Of a stretch of DNA of 42,950 bases, positions 1 through 10,507 are shown piece after piece (within the stretch, counting starts at the first letter, position 1; every line of letters starts with the position of its first letter). Under the pieces are notes generated by a model that saw only the letters and a list, made by a program, of their open reading frames with translations, was not told the DNA's origin and ran no database searches. Source of the DNA: an uncultured Gammaproteobacteria bacterium (lineage in GTDB: Bacteria > Patescibacteriota > Microgenomatia > Levybacterales > UBA12049); contig CAYZEE010000003.1 of NCBI GenBank assembly GCA_964477485.1, forward strand, positions 1-42,950, read 5' to 3'. Both the position numbers and the translations under genes were made by a program.

Positions 1-1417
1 CTTTTACTTTCAATATCGAGAAAATGAAAATTCCTGCTGTAAAAATTACTAAAGATGTGAGTATAAGATTTCTTTTTGACACAGAAAGATTTGAAATCCA
101 TGAAAAGCTTTTAAAAATTGTCGGAGCAAAAAACACAAAAATCCAAAAAAACGCAAACACTGCTCCTATAATAAAAAATGCTTTGATTAATTTTCTGAGT
201 TTATACTCTTTTAGAAAATATTCCAACCCAAAAGCGGAAAGGATACTTGCTGAAAAACCAAAGACAAACATCATTCTGGTTGGAACAGAAGTAGACAAAA
301 CTGGAATATTAACCGAATAAATAAGACGACCTATGAATGTGTCAAATGAGAGCAAAAGGCAGACAATAGCACTTATTAGGAAAAACCAAAAAAACCTATT
401 TTTCTTTGAAAAAAAAGAATTTATCACAAAGAGAAGAGGCACCACTCCAATATAAGAAACTCGTTCTATATATGTCCCGTTTAGCCAATAATTTCTGGTT
501 GCGGGGTTACCAAAAAAATCTGGTACAAAAAGAGTTACTATGTGGTATGACGGAATAAGTAAATTGTAGATAGAGGAGCCATAAGATGATCTTGAAGAGT
601 TTAGAAAAAGCTCAATGGCAGGAATTAACTGTGCAGCGGAAATTCCCAAAGACAAAAGAAAAGAAAGAAATGTATATAAAAGTAAACGTTTTTTAGACCC
701 TCTGATAAAACAAATTTCAAAAAGACAAAATGCTAAAACAAAAATAAAAAGATATATCGTCACTTGTATGTGTCCTGCCAATACAGAGAAAGTAAGCAAC
801 AAAGCAAGAAAAGTGAAACTCAGAATATTTGGTTTACTCTTAAGCTTCAAAAACGCAAAAAGCGCCAGAGGTAACCAAAGTATAGCATGCCCTATGTTCC
901 CATATTCCATCCATACTGTGTTATAAGACGAAAAGGCAAAAACCAATCCTCCGAAAAAAGAACTCTTTGTAGAAAGTTTTAGTTCTTTTAAAAATAAGTA
1001 GGTAAAAAAAAATGCTAGAATTGGTTCAAGAAAAATAAAGACGCTCCATGCTTGAGTAAAAGGCAGAAAAAGAAAAATTACGTTTAAGGGGTAAAATGCT
1101 CCTGCTTGTAAAGCAGCTAGCTCTGGATTACCTGAAAAAACATATGGATTCCAAAGAGGAATTATTCCATTTTTCAGAGAATCCATCGCAAGCTCCTTAG
1201 CCGGATACAAAAGCGTCAAAACATCAAAATCTTGTCCTTTATTGGGATAGCCACCGGGAGCATATCCTAAAAAAGGATACGAATCGTAAGGAGCGTAATG
1301 TCCAACTAAAAGATCTCCAGGAAAAGGCACGTAGCCCTTGAGGATTGTTTGGTAAAAAAATATCCCCGTAACAAGACAAAATAGAAGAAAAATAAACCAA
1401 GGTCTTTTTATTTTCAT
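1..1417 (-). CDS. YfhO-family membrane protein (GT-C fold); partial, runs off the window start
   Basis: Not in the ORF track. Hand translation from ATG at 1417 gives MKIKRPWFIFLLFCLVTGIFFYQTILKGYVPFPGDLLVGHYAPY...GIIPLWNPYVFSGNPELAALQAGAFYPLN; the PLWNPY.F.G.P.LA...FYP motif is typical of YfhO-like proteins. Only the N-terminal ~110 codons were translated. Confidence 0.8.
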   Translation of the reverse strand, partial: MKIKRPWFIFLLFCLVTGIFFYQTILKGYVPFPGDLLVGHYAPYDSYPFLGYAPGGYPNKGQDFDVLTLLYPAKELAMDSLKNGIIPLWNPYVFSGNPELAALQAGAFYPLNVIFLFLPFTQAWSVFIFLEPILAFFFTYLFLKELKLSTKSSFFGGLVFAFSSYNTVWMEYGNIGHAILWLPLALFAFLKLKSKPNILSFTFLALLLTFSVLAGHIQVTIYLFIFVLAFCLFEICFIRGSKKRLLLYTFLSFLLSLGISAAQLIPAIELFLNSSRSSYGSSIYNLLIPSYHIVTLFVPDFFGNPATRNYWLNGTYIERVSYIGVVPLLFVINSFFSKKNRFFWFFLISAIVCLLLSFDTFIGRLIYSVNIPVLSTSVPTRMMFVFGFSASILSAFGLEYFLKEYKLRKLIKAFFIIGAVFAFFWIFVFFAPTIFKSFSWISNLSVSKRNLILTSLVIFTAGIFIFSILKVK

Positions 1418-1429
1418 TTATAAAATTAC

Positions 1430-2944
1430 TTACGGGTTTACTTTGTAAACTGAAAAATATCTTGAGCCGGTAGGCTTTTGAAATTGATAAACTAGTGACA
1501 GATTTTGCCAGCTGGCAGGCGCAAAGCCAGCAGTAAGGCAAGAAGGACAAGGTTGGTAAAATACGAAATAAGTTGGCATCCTGTGAGCCTCTACAGCTAC
1601 CTGTGACGGAATTTGACTCGAGATAGGCCAAAAACCCTCTATCTGTATGTTAGGATTTTTACCAAGATAAATTTGCAGTGCGTAAGGCATCAAACCGAAT
1701 GTTCCTTCTGTTCCGATATAAATTTTCTGTTTTTGAGCTTGGTCTCCAAATAAAGAAACCGCTTCTTTTACCCCTCCTCCTGATGGCCAGTCGTTGTTGT
1801 ATTGATTTAGATCCTCAACAGGAATAGGCGCTTTGGCAAAATCATGCAAAATATAATAATCTGCTCTGATAGACAGAAAAAATATTACAATAACAATAAC
1901 TGCGAATATCCACTTATGCTTAAACTTTGTATATAAATGACTTATAAAGAAAGCTGATAAAGGTATAAAAGGCATGGTCATAAAAAGGATAAATCTCGGA
2001 TAAAGAGTTTTGCCAAAAAGACCAAGACCCAACATGGGAAGAACACCCCAAAATAGCAGAAAAAGCTTTTCCCGCAAATATTTTTTTTCAATAAAAAAAG
2101 AAAGTATCGCGGTTAAAATAATTGGCCAAGTCATATACAGATAAAACCAGTTGATTATCGCAGACATATTGCTTATGAAAAAGTTAAAAGGATGTTTTAA
2201 CCACTGCGAAAGAGGATAAACAAAAAGCGCATTCTTCTCATTGATGATATAAAAAAACGGAGATAATCTAAGCACGGAATAATAAAAATAGGTCAATACA
2301 ACTACCAGGATTAAAAAAGCCAGCAATTTAAGAATTCTTTCTTGTCTTTTTTTCTTGCCCCAATCAAAAATCAATACCGCCAGTGGCAAAAGATAAATAT
2401 TAAAAAACCCCGAAGTTTTATTCAAAACACTCCCACCGGTAACCATACCAAGAATAAGAGCCATATCCAAACGTACTCTTCTAACCAAAATCACTGCCAA
2501 ATAAAGTGCCCAAACTGCAAATGTCGCAACCAGGCTATCATAAAGTGCCATCCGGTCATAAACTAAACTCATAGGGAATAACACATATATCATACCGGCA
2601 ACTATCCCCACCCATTTATCTTTAAAAACTTCGCGGCCCAACAAAAATATACCGATCATACTGGCAAAACCTCCCGCCACCGACACCAAACGACCAGCCA
2701 GTAGGGGGTCATGAATAAGACGCATGGAGATCATCTCCAGCCAAACAAATAGCGGCTGTTTGCCATCGGTTAATGAGATAAAACGCCAGCTGGCATCATT
2801 ATTGGCAATTTGCGCCCAACGAACATAGATTGCTTCATCGGTAAAAATCGGAAGAGAAAGAAGATCGTATAGACGTCCTACTGAATAAAGAATGGCTATG
2901 CCTAGCAAAAAAACAAAAAATAAGTTTCTTTTGATAAGACTCAT
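1430..2944 (-). CDS. GT39/ArnT-like (PMT_2) polytopic glycosyltransferase
   Basis: 504 aa with many TM segments; FTDEAIY acidic motif after TM1, GKQPLFVW, GRLVSV, YDRMALYDS. Confidence 0.85.
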   Translation of the reverse strand: MSLIKRNLFFVFLLGIAILYSVGRLYDLLSLPIFTDEAIYVRWAQIANNDASWRFISLTDGKQPLFVWLEMISMRLIHDPLLAGRLVSVAGGFASMIGIFLLGREVFKDKWVGIVAGMIYVLFPMSLVYDRMALYDSLVATFAVWALYLAVILVRRVRLDMALILGMVTGGSVLNKTSGFFNIYLLPLAVLIFDWGKKKRQERILKLLAFLILVVVLTYFYYSVLRLSPFFYIINEKNALFVYPLSQWLKHPFNFFISNMSAIINWFYLYMTWPIILTAILSFFIEKKYLREKLFLLFWGVLPMLGLGLFGKTLYPRFILFMTMPFIPLSAFFISHLYTKFKHKWIFAVIVIVIFFLSIRADYYILHDFAKAPIPVEDLNQYNNDWPSGGGVKEAVSLFGDQAQKQKIYIGTEGTFGLMPYALQIYLGKNPNIQIEGFWPISSQIPSQVAVEAHRMPTYFVFYQPCPSCLTAGFAPASWQNLSLVYQFQKPTGSRYFSVYKVNP

Positions 2945-2987
2945 ATAGAAAGATTATACCTAAAGGATAAAATCAAAAGCAAATAGT

Positions 2988-4691
2988 TTAATCTGCGGTT
3001 ACAAAAGTTTTGCAGAAAACATCAGCGCTTAAATCTTCAACCGAAAAATCAGAAAGTTTTATACCGATCGGGTACGGGTTTAGCGTTATATTTTTGCAAA
3101 CAGTATCATTATAAATTCTAAAAGCTTGAAAGCCATCAGAGACGTCTGCGATAGAAATGTGTCTTATATCCTTACCATAGTCTCTGCATTCAGCATCTAT
3201 TATAGACAACCCCTTAGTAAGATCAGGCTTTGCGCAACTTGTAAATCTGGTATTTCCCAACCGGTAGTCATGATTTTTAAACGCTCCAGAAATTTTATCT
3301 GTTGTATTTCTATTAATGTTATTAGTATAAAAAATATACTTGGTAAAAGCATCCTCAACGCTTGGACTATAAAATGTTACCTTTCCTTTTAAACTTGCCA
3401 AAGCTATATATCTGGATAAAAGTCTCAATCTGAAATCAAAAGCTCCTCTAAGCGGATACTGATAAAAATAGGTATTAAAAAAGTTCATAAATGCAAAAAC
3501 GTATAAAGCTACAATTAAAACAGGAGTAAATTTATAATCTGCCATTTTTAAAATGCCATCAATGCCGACGGCTATAAAAATAATCAGAATTGGGAAAAGT
3601 AACACGAGATGAGGTGTAAAATTACTAATACTTGCACCGTGCAAAACATGAGGAACTAAAGCCAGTAGAGTCAAAAGGATCAAGAAAGAAAACTTTTTCT
3701 TGTCTTTTATAAAAATAAATATTATTCCAAATACCAAAAATAATGCATCTATCGGATACAAAAGTCCATGATCATAAAGACCATAGAAATTGTCTCCGGT
3801 TAAAAAAAGATAGCTGGGAGAAATTGAGTTAAATAATTTTGATGTTAAAAGTCCCAAATAGACTGTAGCTTTATTCTCCAAAATAGAAGTTAAGGGGGTC
3901 TCAATAGTCATTTTTCTTGTTTGGTTAACAATTTGAGAAATCCGAGGATTGCCGATTGTAAAAATTTCCGAAAGCCTGGGATAAGAAGGGTTGTTCTTTA
4001 TTGCCAGAGAAAAAAAAAGAGTTAGCAAGAAAGAAAGTAAACCGATTATTAAATACTGCTTAAGGAATCTTTTTTTATTCCTGTAGAAAACGTAGATTAA
4101 AATAATTAGGACAAGCGGGAAAAAGATAAGCTTGGTCTCTATGTTAGAGTAAAAGGACAAAACCAAAAAAGGAATTGACCATAAAATCTTCCAGTTCTTT
4201 GCTTTGATCAAAATTAGAAAAGACAGCAGGTAGAAAAAAGTAGCGGGAACCGACTCATAAGCTGTTCTGCCGATAAAAATAAACCAGGGATTAATTGCCG
4301 CTATAAATGCGGCTATAACTGCTGTCTTTCTGTAAAATAGTTCTTCTGTCAATAAATAGATTACTGGAATAGTAAAAATACTTAGCAGGGCATAGGAGAA
4401 TTTGGCTCCCTCAATAAGAGGAAGAAAATTAAAAAAGGGCAATAGCAAAAAGTACGGAAGTTCAGCCTGAAATTGTCCATAAGGATAGTGAAAAACAAAA
4501 ATTGATAAAGGATTCCAGGTACCGGCAATATCAGACCATTTAAGCAAAATAAATTTGGCATTTATAATATAGACAAGCTCGTCTCCGCCAATTCCCGGCG
4601 GCACACTGTTAAGCCATAAGATTCTCAAAAGAGAAGCCAAGGCTACAGCCAAGATTAGCCAGAAATTATTTTTCAGAAATTTTAAAATCAT
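2988..4691 (-). CDS. GT39/ArnT-like glycosyltransferase
   Basis: 567 aa; LRILWLNSVPPGIGGDELVY, AAINPWFIFIGRTAYE; multi-TM with a soluble C-terminal domain. Confidence 0.8.
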   Translation of the reverse strand: MILKFLKNNFWLILAVALASLLRILWLNSVPPGIGGDELVYIINAKFILLKWSDIAGTWNPLSIFVFHYPYGQFQAELPYFLLLPFFNFLPLIEGAKFSYALLSIFTIPVIYLLTEELFYRKTAVIAAFIAAINPWFIFIGRTAYESVPATFFYLLSFLILIKAKNWKILWSIPFLVLSFYSNIETKLIFFPLVLIILIYVFYRNKKRFLKQYLIIGLLSFLLTLFFSLAIKNNPSYPRLSEIFTIGNPRISQIVNQTRKMTIETPLTSILENKATVYLGLLTSKLFNSISPSYLFLTGDNFYGLYDHGLLYPIDALFLVFGIIFIFIKDKKKFSFLILLTLLALVPHVLHGASISNFTPHLVLLFPILIIFIAVGIDGILKMADYKFTPVLIVALYVFAFMNFFNTYFYQYPLRGAFDFRLRLLSRYIALASLKGKVTFYSPSVEDAFTKYIFYTNNINRNTTDKISGAFKNHDYRLGNTRFTSCAKPDLTKGLSIIDAECRDYGKDIRHISIADVSDGFQAFRIYNDTVCKNITLNPYPIGIKLSDFSVEDLSADVFCKTFVTAD

Positions 4692-5899
4692 CTAAATAAG
4701 TCTCTCAAAACAAATTGCCGTTTAATAATTAAATAAACGAAAGAGGTAATTATCCCCGCAAGTAAAGATCCTATTATAATCCAAAACTTTATCGTTGGTA
4801 TGGGCGGATTCCAAGCACCGGTATAAAGAAATGGCAGGTATTGTAATAAAACTCCTTGGGAAAACACGATACTTATAATCATCGCCCATTTTTGTCTCGT
4901 CAAAAGTGCTACAAAAGGTAAAACCCAAATCATATACCAGGGTTGGAATTCGGTTCTAATGGAAGAAATAACAACGGCAATGACCATAAAGAAAGAGGTG
5001 ACAAGAAACACTGTATCCCAGGAAATATTTTGGCCTTTTGATTTAAGATATGAAAGAATAAAAAAGGGCAAAGCTAATACTGTTGCGAATTTTGTTGCAG
5101 CAGAAATGATGAACAATAAAGCTGGACGCGTATATTTCATGTTCATAAACAAGTATATGGACAAAACTGCTAAGAACATCATTTCAATATCGTTGTGCGC
5201 CGAGACCAATTCTTCAAGAATAACTAATGGATTAAAAGCAAAAAAAACTAAATTAAAAATATTATTTTTGACACCTAGTTTGTTAAGGATTTTCTCAAGA
5301 TAATAGATTATACCTAAAAAAGATAAAGACGCCAGAGCCTTAAAAAGAAAAAGTGTTGGCAGAAAAAAACCAAAGCCCAAATAAGATAGAGGCACAGTCA
5401 GAACTAACCAAAAAGGACCATACGGATAAACTCGTTGTGTCCAGTGCATAAAAGAAAGCATCGGATCACCTGGAAAATCCAGAGCGCGATGAATATATGG
5501 GTTTTGGTGATAATGCGTTATGATTTTTGCGTCAAATATATAGTTAAATAAATCATAAGAAAATGCATTGTAGGAAAAAAGTAAAATTATAACTGTTAAT
5601 ATAATCAGACACCACACTTGTTTTCTATTAATCTTATTTTTATAGGAAAGAAAAAGAAATAAAACATAAAAGATAAATAATAAGATAATAAGCGCAAGAA
5701 AAAAGGCTGTTGATAAAGGCCGGCTAAAATAGCCTATTTGCTGAAAAAATTTTTCAATTACCTGCCAAACAGACCATTTTGATAAGGTCAAACTAAGATC
5801 GACTTGGGTAAAAGAATACAAGAATAAACCTATAAGTGTTATCAGGTATCCAAGGCTTAATAATTTTAAATTTGGAATTTTAAATTTAAAATTTGTCAT
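4688..5899 (-). CDS. MptA/MptB-like polyprenol-phosphomannose-dependent glycosyltransferase (GT-C)
   Basis: SYDLFNY, NPY, YPYGPFW, AFNPLV, AHNDI and QPWY motifs; multi-TM. Confidence 0.75.
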   Translation of the reverse strand: MTNFKFKIPNLKLLSLGYLITLIGLFLYSFTQVDLSLTLSKWSVWQVIEKFFQQIGYFSRPLSTAFFLALIILLFIFYVLFLFLSYKNKINRKQVWCLIILTVIILLFSYNAFSYDLFNYIFDAKIITHYHQNPYIHRALDFPGDPMLSFMHWTQRVYPYGPFWLVLTVPLSYLGFGFFLPTLFLFKALASLSFLGIIYYLEKILNKLGVKNNIFNLVFFAFNPLVILEELVSAHNDIEMMFLAVLSIYLFMNMKYTRPALLFIISAATKFATVLALPFFILSYLKSKGQNISWDTVFLVTSFFMVIAVVISSIRTEFQPWYMIWVLPFVALLTRQKWAMIISIVFSQGVLLQYLPFLYTGAWNPPIPTIKFWIIIGSLLAGIITSFVYLIIKRQFVLRDLFR

Positions 5900-6654
5900 T
5901 ACCCGTAGACCCCTTTTGCTGAATTGATTCTAATTTTAATAAGGTCCAATAAGCCATCTATTGAATCTTTAATCGGACTCACTCTTCGGGTCTCAACATA
6001 AAGCCAATTTACAGATACCTCTTTAATCTTATATTTCATTTTTTGCGCAAGATATAAAAGCTCTACGTCAAACCCGGCTGAAACTTTAGATCCTGAAATT
6101 TTGGAGAAACCATTATTAATTAAGTTTATTCTTTCGAAAAGTTTTTTTGCAACATTTCCTCTAAACATCTTAAATCCGCACTGAGTGTCAGAAATTCCCG
6201 AAATACCTACAATCAAACTTCGAAGAAATATCATGCCTTTTGCCATAACAAGTCTCGTCCACGGAGCACCTTGTCTTCTTCCATGACGAGAACCTATGAC
6301 AATGTCAAAACCTTTTTCAAAATATGGCAAGAGATTAGAAGCTTCCTCTATAGGCGTTGCCTGATCCATGTCTGTAAAGAGAATATATTCACTAGCTGCC
6401 TTAAGCACTCCAAAAGTCACAGCTCCTGCCTTGCCAAGATGATGATTTTTGAAAAGTCTAAAATTTGGATTTTCTTTTAAAAAATCTTCTACAAATTTTA
6501 CGCTCCCATCTGTTGAGCCATCATCAACAACAATAACCTCATAAGAATATTTTTGTTTGTTCAAAAAGTGCACGACCTTATCTAAAACCCCTTTTTGAAG
6601 ATTCGCCATTTCGTTGTAGGAAGGAATAACAACTGAAAGAAAAATTTTCTCCAC
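5899..6654 (-). CDS. GT2 polyprenyl/dolichyl-phosphate hexose synthase (DPM1/ALG5-like)
   Basis: SVVIPSYNE, VVDDGSTD, GKAGAV, FTDMD, DTQCGFKMF, FDVELL. Start placed at GTG 6654 because TATAAT lies 6 nt upstream (track start 6678). Confidence 0.9.
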   Translation of the reverse strand: MEKIFLSVVIPSYNEMANLQKGVLDKVVHFLNKQKYSYEVIVVDDGSTDGSVKFVEDFLKENPNFRLFKNHHLGKAGAVTFGVLKAASEYILFTDMDQATPIEEASNLLPYFEKGFDIVIGSRHGRRQGAPWTRLVMAKGMIFLRSLIVGISGISDTQCGFKMFRGNVAKKLFERINLINNGFSKISGSKVSAGFDVELLYLAQKMKYKIKEVSVNWLYVETRRVSPIKDSIDGLLDLIKIRINSAKGVYG

Positions 6655-6790
6655 AAAAAGATTATACAGGAAAAGCACTACTCCAACAAACTAAAGATGC
6701 ATCTAGGTTTTTAATAAAAATGAATAATGCAACTTCCAGACTCTGGTTCTATTCTTTTATATTAGCTCGTTAGTCTTTATGTCGTAACGC

Positions 6791-8317
6791 TTAAATACCT
6801 GTCTCCCCAATCTCGACTCTACCTTCATAATCCTTTACCGACTCTTTTAAGAAAAGCGCTGCGCCTGCTCCCATAAGTGTAAAAACCATGGAAGCAAGAA
6901 ATACTGTGTTAAAAGAAACTAAATTTGCCTTAACTACCATTAAAAATGCCATCTGTTTTAACATATTCGGATCTGAGGTATGTATAACGGAATACTTTTG
7001 CACATTAAGTATTGCTGAACTTGCGCTATTGGTAAGAATTGTGGCAAAAATAGCAATCCCGAAAGCTCCGGCAATGTTTCTTGCCAAGGCAAGAAGCGAA
7101 GATGCAATTCCTACTTCCTGCAAAGGAACGGTTGAGATTGCAGCGTTGGTTAAGGGCGCAAAAGTAAAACCAAGACCAAGAGCAAAAAAGGATAAGAGAA
7201 CCGCAAAATGTGTAAAAGACCACGTTAAATCTATGCCCGACATAAGGTACAATATAAAAGAAGACCAGACGAGCCCTGCAAATATTATGTATCTGGGTTG
7301 ATATTTAACCGAAAGTCTTGCGCCAAACTGTGCGGAGACAAGCATTCCAAAAGCCATGGGGATAAATAAATACCCGGTCTTGGTAACACTATATCCCATA
7401 TATGTTTGGACAAAAATTGGCAGTAAGAAAATTCCGCCTATAAGCCCCATAAAGGTTATAAAAGAAACGATTAAAGATATCGTAAATTCGGGGATTTTAA
7501 AAAAGTTAAGGTCCACAACTGGCTCTGGCTGTCTATTCTCGATCCACAGAAAACAAACTAAGGACAGTGCTGTTACAACATAAGATATAATACTATTTAC
7601 GCTTATCCATCCCCAGGACTGCCCTTGGTCTAAAACAAAAACAAGAGCCCCCAAGCCTATTCCGAGTAAAATCGAACCCCAAACATCAAAATTTTTAATT
7701 CCTTTTATTTTCATTACGGGTTCTTCTATGTATCTCCATGCCATAAAAGTAGCCAATATTCCAAATGGAATATTAATATAGAATATCGACCTCCAGGAGA
7801 AATTATCGATCAATGGACCGCTTAAAAGAGGTCCAAATACCGCTGCGACCCCAAAAACCGCGGACCAAAGCCCCATAGCCTGAGCTCTTTTCCCTTTGTC
7901 AAGAAAAGTGAAAGCTATAATAGAAAGCGCCAGAGGGTAATCTATCGAAACCGTTATTGCCTGCAAAATCCTAAAAAATATCAATGAGGAAAGATTTGCG
8001 GAAAGGCCGGCCAGCATGGAAGTAATTACAAATCCTATTATTCCAAAGAGGTACAAAGGTTTACGTCCTATTAAATCCCCAAGTTTGCCGAATATGGGAA
8101 CGAAGATGGCATTGGCGATAATATAGGCTGTAGCAATCCAGCTGGCTTGATCAACCGTAATCCCAAAATCAATTATTATTTTGGGAAGTGCCAAGTTTAC
8201 CACTGTTCCGTCCAATCTTCCCAAAAAGCTTGCGATCATTACGGTTAAAAGGACAATTATCTCATTGCTTGTGAAACCTTTTTTTTCTTCAGGCTTATTT
8301 TTTTTCTCTTTCTTCAT
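6791..8317 (-). CDS. DHA2-family (EmrB/QacA) MFS efflux transporter
   Basis: LDGTVVNLALPKI, GKLGDLIGRK (motif A), FGPLLSGPL, WRSIFYINIPFG; about 14 TM segments. Confidence 0.92.
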   Translation of the reverse strand: MKKEKKNKPEEKKGFTSNEIIVLLTVMIASFLGRLDGTVVNLALPKIIIDFGITVDQASWIATAYIIANAIFVPIFGKLGDLIGRKPLYLFGIIGFVITSMLAGLSANLSSLIFFRILQAITVSIDYPLALSIIAFTFLDKGKRAQAMGLWSAVFGVAAVFGPLLSGPLIDNFSWRSIFYINIPFGILATFMAWRYIEEPVMKIKGIKNFDVWGSILLGIGLGALVFVLDQGQSWGWISVNSIISYVVTALSLVCFLWIENRQPEPVVDLNFFKIPEFTISLIVSFITFMGLIGGIFLLPIFVQTYMGYSVTKTGYLFIPMAFGMLVSAQFGARLSVKYQPRYIIFAGLVWSSFILYLMSGIDLTWSFTHFAVLLSFFALGLGFTFAPLTNAAISTVPLQEVGIASSLLALARNIAGAFGIAIFATILTNSASSAILNVQKYSVIHTSDPNMLKQMAFLMVVKANLVSFNTVFLASMVFTLMGAGAALFLKESVKDYEGRVEIGETGI

Positions 8318-8324
8318 GCAGCTT

Positions 8325-8966
8325 TTATTGCGGGACCTTTGTGTAAACCATCAGCTTGGCGGACATGCCGTTTAGAATCTGAGGATATTTGTAGGAGTTG
8401 AAATTTACATAAATAATGAATTGTTGGGTTGGCCTTTCGCTTGATACCGTAAATTGAAGAGCAGTCTGTTTGGCGCTCGGGCTTATCTCATCGACGTACC
8501 CCCAAAAAGTTTTTCCCGGCAATGCGTCAACCGTAAATGAAACCGCTTGCCCTACTTTAATTTTATTTAAACCTTTATTCTCGTCTATCGTTCCGGCTAC
8601 TCTCATATCCGAAAGGTTAACCATCTGAATAACTGGGGTCTGGGAAGTAGCAATGCTCCCGATTTCATTATCGGTCGAGACGATAATTCCGTCCTGATAA
8701 GCATTCAAATCATTACTTCCGACAACGGCCAAGGTTTCTCCCTTGGTAACCCTTTCACCGTCATGAACGTTTATTGAAAGAATCTTTCCGGGGGAATCCG
8801 GAGAGATCGAGGTTATCGGAGCCTGAATTAACGAATCTTCTATAGAAATCCTGTCTTTTTGCAACTGATAGAAAAGAAACCCACCTATAGCAAGAACTGC
8901 CACTGCGGCAATAATTAAAGCTCTTACTACCTTTGGTTCTTTTATTTTAGAAAATAAGTTTTTCAC
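8325..8966 (-). CDS. HlyD/EmrA-like adaptor protein, short form lacking the alpha-hairpin
   Basis: N-terminal TM; lipoyl halves GKILSINVHDGERVTKGETLA and AYQDGII almost adjacent; beta-barrel IKVGQAVSFTVDALPGKTFWGYVDEISP; GMSA. Confidence 0.85.
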   Translation of the reverse strand: MKNLFSKIKEPKVVRALIIAAVAVLAIGGFLFYQLQKDRISIEDSLIQAPITSISPDSPGKILSINVHDGERVTKGETLAVVGSNDLNAYQDGIIVSTDNEIGSIATSQTPVIQMVNLSDMRVAGTIDENKGLNKIKVGQAVSFTVDALPGKTFWGYVDEISPSAKQTALQFTVSSERPTQQFIIYVNFNSYKYPQILNGMSAKLMVYTKVPQ

Positions 8967-10075
8967 AATATCGAATATAACTTAGCAAGTATAGACTTTG
9001 GATTCGTTATCACTTTATCCGTATCGGACAACCCTCTCAGAATCTCCGTCTGCCCGTCAAAAGTACTACCCACACTTACGGTTTTAAAAACAGGTTTATT
9101 ATCTGATAATACCCACACATGTGAATCGGCAAGAACCGTCCATGACGGAACGAGAATTACTTTTTGCCTAAAATTGCTTTTTATAAGTACGCTTCCGCTC
9201 TGCCCGAATTTTGCGTTTTTTGGCAAGTTGTTCAGCTTTATATCTGCCCTATAAACTTTTTCTCCACTTGAATCTAACTTCTGCTGAGGATATATCCTGT
9301 CAACTACACCCTGAAATTTTTTGCCGTTTAATCCGTCCAAGACTACTGTTGCGCTATTTGCGACACCTATGAAATTTATATCCTGCTGTCTTACATTTGC
9401 GCTAAAAACAATACTACTGGGATCTGCAACCGTAAATGCAGTAAGAGGAGTAATGTTAACTCCAGAGCTGGTCACATCTTCATGTAAGATTACCCCATTA
9501 ATTGGCGAGGTTAAAGTTGCAAGACTTAACGCATAATTAGCAAGATCAATATTAAGCTGTGCCGAATTTTGGGCCAGATCAGCATCATCAACAATTCTTT
9601 TCACTGCATCGTAAATAACTGTTGCTTCGGTAATTGCTGAATAACCATTTTTATTGTATGTATCCAAATCGGTGCGTTTCCGTCCTTCGGCAACACCTGC
9701 CTGCTGCTCTTCTAAAGTTTGGTTTTGAGCATTTTTTTGAGCTTCATAACTATTTGCCGCTATCTGCAGCTCTTTTTGCAAAGCATATGTATCAAGTTCT
9801 GCAATTGTTTCACCCTGGTAAATCTTATCCCCCTCTTTGAATGGAAGATAAGTCAGTTTGCCTCCGGTCTGAAAATTTAACGTAGCTTGATTTTGAGGGG
9901 CTAATGATCCTGACGCCATAATATCGTTATTTATTACCTTGACACTGGCAGTCTTGGTTTCCGGACGCTGCGCCGCGTTTGCAAAAAAAGTAACTGTAAA
10001 AATACCTGTTATTACAATAGCTATTGCAATAACACCATATTTTAAAGTTTGTTTTTTAAACAGTTTATTTTTCAT
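8963..10075 (-). CDS. RND/MacA-type membrane-fusion adaptor subunit
   Basis: FQTGGKLTYLPFKEGDKIYQGETIAELD, coiled coil, LTSPINGVI, C-terminal VSVG...TEILRGL. Likely start is ATG 10075 overlapping the end of the MarR gene (track start 10093). Confidence 0.85.
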   Translation of the reverse strand: MKNKLFKKQTLKYGVIAIAIVITGIFTVTFFANAAQRPETKTASVKVINNDIMASGSLAPQNQATLNFQTGGKLTYLPFKEGDKIYQGETIAELDTYALQKELQIAANSYEAQKNAQNQTLEEQQAGVAEGRKRTDLDTYNKNGYSAITEATVIYDAVKRIVDDADLAQNSAQLNIDLANYALSLATLTSPINGVILHEDVTSSGVNITPLTAFTVADPSSIVFSANVRQQDINFIGVANSATVVLDGLNGKKFQGVVDRIYPQQKLDSSGEKVYRADIKLNNLPKNAKFGQSGSVLIKSNFRQKVILVPSWTVLADSHVWVLSDNKPVFKTVSVGSTFDGQTEILRGLSDTDKVITNPKSILAKLYSIL

Positions 10076-10502
10076 AGTTTTCCGATTTCTCAATCATCTT
10101 CTGTAAAATTCTTGAGAGTTCTCTTTTGTCCGAAATGGACAGAAAAGACAAAAGTTTATTTACCTTGCCTTCTCTTTGTCTTATCAAATCTCTTAAGAGT
10201 TTTTCGCCTTGCCTTGTCAAACTAACTCCCACAATTCTTCTATCTCTGCTATCATTTCTTCTTACTGCAAGTTTCGTTGCTATAAGCTTATTTATCAATG
10301 ACGTTGCCGTAGGCATTGTGGTTGAAAAATGGTTTGCGATATCTCTCATGTGGACATGCTTGCTTTTTTTAATACACCACAACGCTTCAAATTGAAGTAT
10401 TGTTATATTTGATCTTCTGGAATGGAAAGACATTTTATGCTTTAGCATCCTCGCAACCCTACCTAAGGCATCAATAATTTCAGAGTTTATATCTTCATCC
10501 AT
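10065..10502 (-). CDS. MarR-family transcriptional regulator
   Basis: ITILQFEALW, wHTH MRDIANHFSTTMPTATSLINKL, DSRDRRIVGVSLTRQGE. Confidence 0.93.
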   Translation of the reverse strand: MDEDINSEIIDALGRVARMLKHKMSFHSRRSNITILQFEALWCIKKSKHVHMRDIANHFSTTMPTATSLINKLIATKLAVRRNDSRDRRIVGVSLTRQGEKLLRDLIRQREGKVNKLLSFLSISDKRELSRILQKMIEKSENYEK

Positions 10503-10507
10503 AACTA

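Noticed and set aside
24-1631. Track ORFs 24..320, 615..926 and 1239..1631
   Set aside because: Antisense or out-of-frame shadows of the YfhO-like and GT39 genes.
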